From Macrostomum lignano (Eukaryota), in NCBI GenBank assembly GCA_002269645.1, contig NIVC01003749.1, positions 1-64,000 on the forward strand: a DNA stretch of 64,000 nt, written 5' to 3'. Position 1 is the first letter of the stretch, and each line of letters starts with the position of its first letter. Made by a program: the position numbers and the translations under genes. Below the pieces are notes generated by a model. That model saw only the letters and a program-made list of their open reading frames with translations, did not search any database and was not told the DNA's origin. Of this stretch, positions 9,172-18,592 are shown one piece after another.

Positions 9172-9806
9172 TCAGGCCTGATTTTTAGGCACCTTTGGCT
9201 GCTTCTCCTTGACAAGCTTTGGTGGTTTCTTTGCTTTCTTGCTTACTTTCTTGGTGCCTACCTTGATTTTTGGAGGTGGCGTCCAATAGCAACGATCGAA
9301 TGCCTGTTTGGCTTCTTCGACAAACTGTAGCTGTTGAATTTTTGGCATTGCGGTCAAAACAGCGTCTCGAATCACGGCCGTATCGAGCGTGAACAGAATC
9401 CTGTAGTAGCCGCTCTTGTTTTTGTAATCCTCTGATCTACAGGCAGTCCGTTTTGGTCGTAAATTTTAAAGTCGTGAGCCAACCCAAACGCTGCACTGTC
9501 ACCTCCAAACGCTGGGTTGTAGCCCAGCAGAGCTAGACTTTCGCTGGAAAGGTGCTCCGCCACAGTGTTGAAAGTGTAGGGTATGCAGCTCTCAATGTGT
9601 TTTTGTGCAATGATGATGAATTCGCGACCTTCGTTGTCAGTACGCACGCCCTTGACGATCAAAACAGGGACCGCATTGGCCAAGTAGAGAGGTCCCTGTT
9701 CGTCATATTCAATGTCAAACGTTTCAACCCCGTTGAAGCTCGGACCTCGCGGTTTGAGCGCCAGCAGCTCTCGCTTGACGCAGTTGAAGTCTTGCACTGT
9801 CTCCAT
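9172..9806 (-). CDS. Hypothetical element protein(s): ORFs 9372-9806 and 9172-9375, probably one frameshifted gene with a Lys-rich tail
   Basis: TATA-like GTATATAAG near 9870 lies upstream of ATG 9806. A 1-nt shift near 9430 joins FKIYDQNGLPVD to SEDYKNKSGYYRILFTLDTAVIRDAVL. Confidence 0.55.
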
Positions 9807-10328
9807 GTCTCTTGTCTGTTTAGAAAAATTTGCAGGTACGGGCGCTTGCAGATGCTCTGGGCTGGTGCTTATATACCCGAGAGTCTCAATATTTTTTTGT
9901 TTTAATTACACGATAACGAGCTTTTTACGGTGTCGTCGTTATCAGGAATTCCGGAAAAAATGAACCTTTTGTTCCTATTTTCGGGTGCTGGCGTTGGAGG
10001 TGTGCTGAAATCCTTGCTCCAAGTTGCTGGTAGTTCAAGCTTTGGCGGCCTGATCCTCGTGCTTTGGCAACCAAAAAATTTCTTGTCAAAAACTGCGTTG
10101 TCTAGACGATTGGGGTGTTAATTGAGCTTGGTGAATTTAGAGAACCGCCGAGAATCCAAATTTTCTTTATTTATAGTTTGCTGTCTGAACAAAAATGACC
10201 TGGCATTTACAAGAATATTTTCAGACCTTGATGACGTGTCTGGCTATAAAGTTAGCATTGTGTCTCGACCGGGTTGTTGCGTAACCCTGCTGCAGGTAGC
10301 TATAGTGAGCCGCGCAGGGCAAAGGGGT

Positions 10329-11014
10329 GGACAGCAGCGATTTACAGCGGCTGACTCATCATGCCTCCGCGCGCGCGGGGGGCCGCCAATTAATTGTGAG
10401 GGGCGACAGAATATTTTCTTGGATGGGTGGGCGCTACAATTCTGCGTGTACACAAATTTTGGGTATGATCGAACAGTTATGGGGTGGGCGGGCGCTACAA
10501 TTCTGCGTGTACACAAATTTTGGGTATGATCGAACAGTTATGGGGTGGGCGGGCGCTACAATTCTGCGCGTACACCAATTTTGGGTGTATATATGGACAG
10601 TAAATATGGACAAGTAATAATATGGACAATTATGGGGTGGGTGGACGCCCTAATTCTGCGTACACCAATTTTAGGTATATGGACAGTTATGGGTGGGTGG
10701 GTACGCTACACCAATGCTGCATTGTGCGGGGCTGGGCGCGCGCGCGCTTCTGCGTACAACTGCTACGGTGAAGCGCTAATTATGCGTACTATATTGTACT
10801 GGTCGTCGCTTCTATACGACACAATTAGGAATGTACACTGATTACATGTATAATTAGATTTACATGAGAGTTACATGCATAAATGTCTCATAATGACTTA
10901 CAGGGTCTGGACCAATTAGAAGAGGTCTAATGTATTTAGATAGGCGTTGAATTTGCATTGGCTCTGACACCCACCTCACCTCCAAAACCCGGCAGTTTCT
11001 GCACATTACGTAGT
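10329..11014 (-). repeat. Right terminal inverted repeat (about 686 bp)
   Basis: Reverse complement of the left TIR, longer because of extra copies of a GTGTAC(A/G)CGCAGAATTGTAGCGCCC...CCCCATAACTG unit. Confidence 0.95.
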
Positions 11015-11020
11015 GTCCTT

Positions 11021-12600
11021 GGCCCTCTGGTCACGAAGCGCTACCAAAGCTATCAATCATGTGGGCGGGACAGTCTGGTGCTGGAGGTCCGTCAGGTCAT
11101 TGCCCGGTCATAGGCAGCCTACGGTCATTGCCCCCTCTAGTCACGCGTTCGTCTCTCAACGGAGCGGACAGGCGACAAGGGCGGTTACATCAGTTACAGA
11201 TAACCGCCAGCTCCTGAAGAAGGGTGGAGTGACGTCTCCTTGGATATCCAGGTAGGTTGAAGCAAATGTTAGTTAAAAAACTGAGAATGTACCACATATC
11301 TTTAAAAAAAACATGGGCACGATCGTGACCGGTAGGTCGTTTTGGCGAGAGCGATGGCCCTTGGAGTGTTGTTCATGCAATGGTAAAGAACCTCGTAGCC
11401 TGGTTTCAGGCAGACCGGCTTTCATTTGCGGGTATACGGTTTCTGAGGTAGATGTCAACATCCATGTTGCCGAAGGTGCTGGATAGGTTGCAGGATGCTG
11501 CGAGAGCGTGATGCAGATAATGTGCAGGTTGACTGGTTGGTTCGCCGGAGGCGGATCATTTATTTGGTTGCTAGTGGCAGTGTCATCATTGGGCTGGCCA
11601 GCAGGGTTCCCTCAGAGCTCCGCAGAGTTTGGCGCGGGGTTGGGAACGGCATTGCTCGTCTCCAGAGCTATCCGAGCGCACGAACTCACCTCGGCGTCGA
11701 TCGCCGGCCGGGTGACGCCTTGGCAGCAGGTGGAAGACGATCGTCCACGCCCCAATATAGACGCGGCAAAATCGCTCTTCTTCAGAGAATCTTCCCACTG
11801 CGCGGAGAAACCTATGAATAGGGTTTTGCCCGGAGCGTCTTTCGCCGGAACCTCCTTGAAAGCCCGGATTCCGTACTGAGGTAGGTCAGGATTTTTGCTG
11901 AGGAGCCGAGCACAGATCATCTCGATGTTCCTCGAGCCGGAGTAAAAGGCTCGGTAGCGCCGGCGATCGGGTGCGCTCCACGACACGTCGGCGATCGGGT
12001 GCGTCGGAGGGCCGTCGCACGAGTTGATGGACACGATCGGTTCACCAGCGCGAGTTCGAGTTGAACCTCAGCTTTGAAGGGCGTCGAGGGCGTCGTTTTC
12101 CCAGAGGGACATCGATCACTCCGATCGTTGCTTTTATCTCGGCGATGGTCAGCGTGCCGCTAGCCGCGCGTACGCTGTGGGGGCTGGATAGGATATACTC
12201 GTACCTCAGACAGCTCCGAGGATAAGCAGCAAAGGATAAAACAGTTGCCGTTTTACCCTAGGATTGCTCCAAGGCGAGGCTCCGACGGAGGATTCTGCAA
12301 GATCAGGTGGCAGGAGGCCTGTTGCAGGTTTGGGACACAGCCATCAGGTCGGGTTGACAGCCGATGCGCTCAAGCCCTCCTCAGCAGGAGCGGCCCTCTG
12401 GAACCAGTGTGGCACCAGTTGCAACTATAGGCTGTCGATGAATAGTTGGCCCTTAGTCAGCAGCCAACTACTTAGCAGCCACCTGCCCTGCAAAAAGCAG
12501 CAGGGGGGTCCGTCCTTCACCAGCAGGAGGCCAGGTCTAAGCCAGTCTTTGTTGATCAAAAACAGCAATTTTATCAATAGAGGCCATAATTTTAGCAGCT
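11021..12600 (-). mobile_element. Degenerate R1/LOA-like non-LTR retrotransposon (ORF1 remnant plus APE N-terminus), host site of the Polinton-like insertion
   Basis: Minus strand near 11400-11520 reads NLHHALAASCNL...DVDIYL (the QxNLHH...DIxLxQEP start of R1-type ORF2) and near 11050-11130 VGCL*PG...PPT*LIALV. ORF 11612-12034 lies upstream as an ORF1 remnant. Confidence 0.55.
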
Positions 12601-13579
12601 AAACTGGCGTAAATTGGCGTTGGTAAGTGGTGTGTTGGCGTCAGTAAAAAATGAAGTATTTTCGTAGCTGCCGAAGAGAAGATGGTTTTGGAAACAGACA
12701 TTGTATTTTGAGCGCTCGTCTTTGAAAGACTCTGGCTCGGTGCCGAATGCCCCGAGCTCTGGGTTCATAGAGGAAGCGGATTTAAGAGGGCAGGTTGTCT
12801 CAGAGGAAGTGGTAATCGCACATTCCAGAGAGGAGGGGAGATCTTTCACGTTATGGCAGTCAGAGATGTCAGTGGGGTGGGGAGGTCAAGATCCCAAAGG
12901 CCGTAGCTCAGCTTCGAGCTTTACTCCCACATCCCCATTCCTACAGATCCCCACTCCCACATCCCCACTCCTGTAGATCCCCTACCCTATAGATCCTCAC
13001 TCCTTCAGATCCCCTATCCCAAATCCACACTCACAGAATCCCGATGAAGTGTATATATAGTCTGGTTCCTTAAAGTTCCCTTGATCATATCTATTCAATG
13101 CTTACCGAACATCTCTGACCGTCTCTCTCGCTTAAGAATTAGTGGCTCAGCCAGGATTTGTTTAGAATGCCAGAAGCATTAGAAGCGGGGGCTTTTGTTG
13201 GAGTTGGAGATGAAGGAAGATGAGGAAGATGAGAAACTTATTTGTCTATGGCAATACGTACAGTGTATTCGCGAGTCGCTAAGCTGCGAAATCAAAAATA
13301 TGCTTAAGCGGTGCATAAGGTCTCAGCAAAACCGGAGTATTACACCATTTTACCTCCTATTTTTAACAAAGTCTTGTTCAAAAGAAACAAGCAGAACTTC
13401 AATTCAAACACTAAGAAATATCAGCCATTGCGGAAGTTCAAATCAAACAAAGTCCTTTTCTATTGAAGTTCTGCTTGTTTCTTTTGAACGGGACTTTGTT
13501 CAATGTGGGAGGTAAAATGGTGTTATCGTCTGGCCTAATCACTGAACAAACAACAACTTTAGCAGCAGGGGCTTTAGCA

Positions 13580-14822
13580 GCAAAGGCTTTAGCACCAGAG
13601 GCTTTAGCACCAGAGGCTTTAGCACCAGAGGCGCCAGCACCAGAGGCTTTAGCACCAGAGGCTTTAGCACCAGAGGCTTTAGCACCAGAGGCTTTAGCAC
13701 CAGAGGCTTTAGCACCAGAGGCTTTAGCACCAGAGGCTTTAGCACCAGAGGCTTTAGCACCAGAGGCGCCAGCACCAGAGGCTTTAGCACCAGAGGCGCC
13801 AGCACCAGAGGCGCCAGCACCAGAGGCGCCAGCACCAGAGGCGCCAGCACCAGAGGCGCCAGCACCAGAGGCGCCAGCACCAGAGGCGCCAGCACCAGAG
13901 GCGCCAGCACCAGAGGCGCCAGCACCAGAGGCGCCAGCACCAGAGGCGCCAGCACCAGAGGCGCCAGCACCAGAGGCGCCAGCACCAGAGGCGCCAGCAC
14001 CAGAGGCGCCAGCACCAGAGGCGCCAGCACCAGAGGCGCCAGCACCAGAGGCGCCAGCACCAGAGGCGCCAGCACCAGAGGCGCCAGCACCAGAGGCGCC
14101 AGCACCAGAGGCGCCAGCACCAGAGGCGCCAGCACCAGAGGCGCCAGCACCAGAGGCGCCAGCACCAGAGGCGCCAGCACCAGAGGCGCCAGCACCAGAG
14201 GCGCCAGCACCAGAGGCGCCAGCACCAGAGGCGCCAGCACCAGAGGCGCCAGCACCAGAGGCGCCAGCACCAGAGGCGCCAGCACCAGAGGCGCCAGCAC
14301 CAGAGGCGCCAGCACCAGAGGCGCCAGCACCAGAGGCGCCAGCACCAGAGGCGCCAGCACCAGAGGCGCCAGCACCAGAGGCGCCAGCACCAGAGGCGCC
14401 AGCACCAGAGGCGCCAGCACCAGAGGCGCCAGCACCAGAGGCGCCAGCACCAGAGGCGCCAGCACCAGAGGCGCCAGCACCAGAGGCGCCAGCACCAGAG
14501 GCGCCAGCACCAGAGGCGCCAGCACCAGAGGCGCCAGCACCAGAGGCGCCAGCACCAGAGGCGCCAGCACCAGAGGCGCCAGCACCAGAGGCGCCAGCAC
14601 CAGAGGCGCCAGCACCAGAGGCGCCAGCACCAGAGGCGCCAGCACCAGAGGCGCCAGCACCAGAGGCGCCAGCACCAGAGGCGCCAGCACCAGAGGCGCC
14701 AGCACCAGAGGCGCCAGCACCAGAGGCGCCAGCACCAGAGGCGCCAGCACCAGAGGCGCCAGCACCAGAGGCGCCAGCACCAGAGGCGCCAGCACCTGAG
14801 GCGCCAGCACCAGAGGCGCCAG
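13580..14822 (+). repeat. 15-bp tandem array (GCACCAGAGGCGCCA)n, about 83 copies
   Basis: Near-perfect 15-mers with a GCTTTA variant at the left end and no indels seen. Confidence 0.95.
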
Positions 14823-15339
14823 TACCAGAGACGCCAAATCTATACTGCAAAGAAGCGCCATATAATGCAGCCACCCGATCGTTGGCGCCCCAGCGCAACC
14901 GGGGTGCTCACACCTACTCATAAATACAGAATCCCTCATTTTCTCTACTTGCAGTGCAGAGGCCGCATAGCCAACCATAAGCATTCTCACAATTACAGAT
15001 AAGCGTTGTGTTCAGGCGGAGTATAACTACGGTACATTTAACCAGATTACTTTTAATGCACATCAATTGACTAAAACAACTGCCTAGCGACGTACTCGAA
15101 AAGTATAATTTTGTAGTTACTTTCAGCTCGAAGGAATCTGATTTTAATAAAGGTAAGCTTATAATCAATATACACATCTAAAATCATATATACGAGTATA
15201 AAGGTATTTTCGACAAAATTCCCAAGGCTTACGAATAAGTTTATGACGCTAAAAACAGTTAGCATTTTTGTATTTGACTGTCTCTGTGTCGAGAGTACAG
15301 TGAGGTGTCTAGAGGGTACACTGGCACTGGCATTCAATG

Positions 15340-17330
15340 ACATGCAGTGCTACAGGCCTTCAAAAGGCACTGCTACAGGCTTTCATAAGGCACTGGAACA
15401 GGCCTTCAAAAGGCACTGCTACAGGCTTTCATAAGGCACTGCAACAGGCCTTCAAAAGGCACTGCTACAGGCTTTCATAAGGCACTGGAACAGGCCTTCA
15501 AAAGGCACTGCTACAGGCTTTCATAAGGCACTGGAACAGGCCTTCAAAAGTCACTGCTACAGGCTTTCATAAGGCACTGCAACAGGCCTTCAAAAGGCAC
15601 TGCTACAGGCTTTCATAAGGCACTGCAACAGGCTTTCATAAGGCACTGCAACAGGCCTTCAAAAGGCACTGCAACAGGCTTTCATAAGGCACTGCAACAG
15701 GCCTTCAAAAGGCACTGCTACAGGCTTTCATAAGGCACTGCAACAGGCTTTCATAAGGCACTGCAACAGGCCTTCAAAAGGCACTGCAACAGGCCTTCAA
15801 AAGGCACTGCAACAGGCTTTCATAAGGCACTGCAACAGGCATTCAAAAGGCACTGCTACAGGCTTTCATAAGGCACTGCAACAGGCTTTCAAAAGGCACT
15901 GCTACAGGCTTTCATAAGGCACTGCAACAGGCCTTCAAAAGGCACTGCTACAGGCTTTCATAAGGCACTGCAACAGGCTTTCATAAGGCACTGCAACAGG
16001 CCTTCAAAAGGCACTGCTACAGGCTTTCATAAGGCACTGCAACAGGCCTTCAAAAGTCACTGCTACAGGCTTTCATAAGGCACTGCAACAGGCTTTCATA
16101 AGGCACTGCAACAGGCCTTCAAAAGGCACTGCAACAGGCTTTCATAAGGCACTGCAACAGGCCTTCAAAAGGCACTGCTACAGGCTTTCATAAGGCACTG
16201 CTACAGGCTTTCATAAGGCACTGCAACAGGCCTTCAAAAGGCACTGCAACAGGCCTTCAAAAGGCACTGCAACAGGCTTTCATAAGGCACTGCAACAGGC
16301 ATTCAAAAGGCACTGCTACAGGCTTTCATAAGGCACTGCAACAGGCATTCAAAAGGCACTGCTACAGGCTTTCATAAGGCACTGCAACAGGCCTTCAAAA
16401 GGCACTGCTACAGGCTTTCATAAGGCACTGCAACAGGCTTTCATAAGGCACTGCAACAGGCCTTCAAAAGGCACTGCAACAGGCTTTCATAAGGCACTGC
16501 AACAGGCCTTCAAAAGGCACTGCTACAGGCTTTCATAAGGCACTGCAACAGGCTTTCATAAGGCACTGCAACAGGCCTTCAAAAGGCACTGCAACAGGCT
16601 TTCATAAGGCACTGCAACAGGCTTTCATAAGGCACTGCAACAGGCCTTCAAAAGGCACTGCAACAGGCCTTCAAAAGGCACTGCAACAGGCTTTCATAAG
16701 GCACTGCAACAGGCCTTCAAAAGGCACTGCAACAGGCATTCAAAAGGCACTGCTACAGGCTTTCATAAGGCACTGCAACAGGCCTTCAAAAGGCACTGCT
16801 ACAGGCTTTCATAAGGCACTGCAACAGGCTTTCATAAGGCACTGCAACAGGCCTTCAAAAGGCACTGCTACAGGCTTTCATAAGGCACTGCAACAGGCTT
16901 TCATAAGGCACTGCAACAGGCATTCAAAAGGCACTGCAACAGGCCTTCAAAAGGCACTGCTACAGGCTTTCATAAGGCACTGCAACAGGCTTTCATAAGG
17001 CGCTGCTACAGGCTTTCATAAGGCACTACAACAGGCTTTCATAAGGCACTGCAACAGGCCTTCAAAAGGCACTGCTACAGGCTTTCATAAGGCACTGCAA
17101 CAGGCTTTCATAAGGCACTGCTACAGGCCTTCAAAAGGCACTGCTACAGGCTTTCATAAGGCACTACAACAGGCTTTCATAAGGCACTGCAACAGGCCTT
17201 CAAAAGGCACTGCTACAGGCTTTCATAAGGCACTGCAACAGGCCTTCAAAAGGCACTGCTACAGGCTTTCATAAGGCACTGCTACAGGCCTTCATAAGGC
17301 ACTGCAACAGGCTTTCATAAGGCACTGCTA
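15340..17330 (+). repeat. 23-bp satellite AAGGCACTGC(A/T)ACAGGC(C/T)TTCA(A/T), about 86 copies
   Basis: Direct reading; variants interleave. Confidence 0.95.
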
Positions 17331-17482
17331 GCATTATCAGATAACCAAAGAAAGGCCGCGTATTTTACATCTGTAGTTTGGCTACACATCAGTAAGGTGT
17401 ACACATTATCAATAAAACATTTGCAACGGCCAAAATATCCAATTTTCAGACTGCACCGCGTGAGTTACCCATCGAATTCACC

Positions 17483-18592
17483 ATGCCATTGATAAGACTG
17501 ACAAAGCCAGTGCTGTTCCTGCTGGCGCTACTGCTGCTGGCCCTGGGCACGCATCGAAAGATCTTCAGCGATCGCGGCCATTCTGTCATTTCTCCAAGCC
17601 GCAGCGCCATGAAAACAAAGGACACGGTGCCAGCGACTGTTGACAACCCGCTACTGTCGGGTGCCTGCGGCGCCTACAGTGAGCTCCGCAGCGTCAACTT
17701 TCTGCACAAGTCCATCAGCGAGAGCATCTGCGAAGGCGTCGCCGCCTACACCATCGTGGACAGCGCGTTTCCGCTTTGCCGACTCAAGCAGCACCTGCCG
17801 CTGGTCCTCACCGAAGGCGTCAGAGCTGCAAGCGTGCAGACCTTCATCAGAAGCCCCCTCACCCAGAGAAACGTCTCCAGCTTCGTCTACTCGAGTCCCG
17901 ACTTCATCTCGACCAGCATCCGCAAAGAGCACATCTTCGAGGAGAGGAACGTCCGTAACATGCAGCGAATCATTCAGAAGCTGGCCGCCAAGTCGCCCGT
18001 CACCTTTGTGGACGTCGGCTCGAACATCGGCGTGTTCACCCTGTCGATGCTCGATCTCGGAGTGCCCGTCATCGCGCTGGATGCGAACATCCGCAACTTG
18101 ATTCGAATCAAGCTGTCAGCCGAGGCGGTTGAGCCGCCTCACAAGCTGCACCTGCTGTGGAACTTCGTCAGCAGGCAGGTGTCGCTCATGTACCTGAACT
18201 TTCCGAAGGATTGCAACATCGGCGGCGCTACCAAGTTCGGCAGGGCCGTCGTCGACACGATCCCAGTTATGTCGTCGACCGCGGACTCCATCGTGCCGCT
18301 TATCGACACCAAGCTGGTCGTGTTGAAGGTCGACATCGAAGGAGGCGAAGGCGAGTTCTTCAAGAGCGCGAAGAAGCTGTTCGAAAGCTTCACAATTCCC
18401 GTGGTGCACATGGAGTGGCTGAAGAAGCACATGAGCGAGGAGGAGCGCCAGTTCATGATCAGCTTCTTCGCTGGGAGGCGCTACAGCCCGAGGACCATGA
18501 AAGATCTAACCAAGTTGATAAACATCAGCCACACAGGGTATCAGGGAGACGACCTCATTTGGGTGCACAAGAACTTTGAAGGTGGAATATGA
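17483..18592 (+). CDS. FkbM-family (Methyltransf_21-like) SAM-dependent methyltransferase, intronless, N-terminal signal anchor
   Basis: 369 aa, GC-rich. FVDVGSNIGVFTL (motif I), IALDAN, LKVDIEGGE, VHMEW; hydrophobic N-terminus VLFLLALLLLAL. Confidence 0.88.
   Translation: MPLIRLTKPVLFLLALLLLALGTHRKIFSDRGHSVISPSRSAMKTKDTVPATVDNPLLSGACGAYSELRSVNFLHKSISESICEGVAAYTIVDSAFPLCRLKQHLPLVLTEGVRAASVQTFIRSPLTQRNVSSFVYSSPDFISTSIRKEHIFEERNVRNMQRIIQKLAAKSPVTFVDVGSNIGVFTLSMLDLGVPVIALDANIRNLIRIKLSAEAVEPPHKLHLLWNFVSRQVSLMYLNFPKDCNIGGATKFGRAVVDTIPVMSSTADSIVPLIDTKLVVLKVDIEGGEGEFFKSAKKLFESFTIPVVHMEWLKKHMSEEERQFMISFFAGRRYSPRTMKDLTKLINISHTGYQGDDLIWVHKNFEGGI

Larger units (their letters stand above)
5659..10176 (-). 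promoter_or_regulatory. Six exact CTATAAATA (TATA-like) motifs on the coding strand
   Basis: Plus-strand TATTTATAG at 5659-5667, 6046-6054, 7415-7423, 8183-8191, 8479-8487 and 10168-10176. None was seen in the opposite orientation within the element. Confidence 0.7.
2718..11014 (-). mobile_element. Polinton/Maverick-like (adintovirus-like) endogenous viral element, 8297 bp, no pPolB detected, decayed copy
   Basis: 6-bp TSD GTCCTT at 2712-2717 and 11015-11020; long TIRs; rve integrase, double jelly-roll major capsid, minor capsid, adenain-like protease and A32-like ATPase motifs, all on the minus strand. Confidence 0.95.

Noticed and set aside
3246-10328. pPolB, primase/helicase or tyrosine recombinase gene in the element
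   Set aside because: No such motifs in any listed ORF or in the intervening frames read; no unassigned gap is long enough to hold one.
13438-14990. Minus-strand (GASGA)n and (VLAPL)n ORFs as collagen/silk-like proteins
   Set aside because: They are by-products of a stop-free 15-bp repeat that is open in several frames at once.
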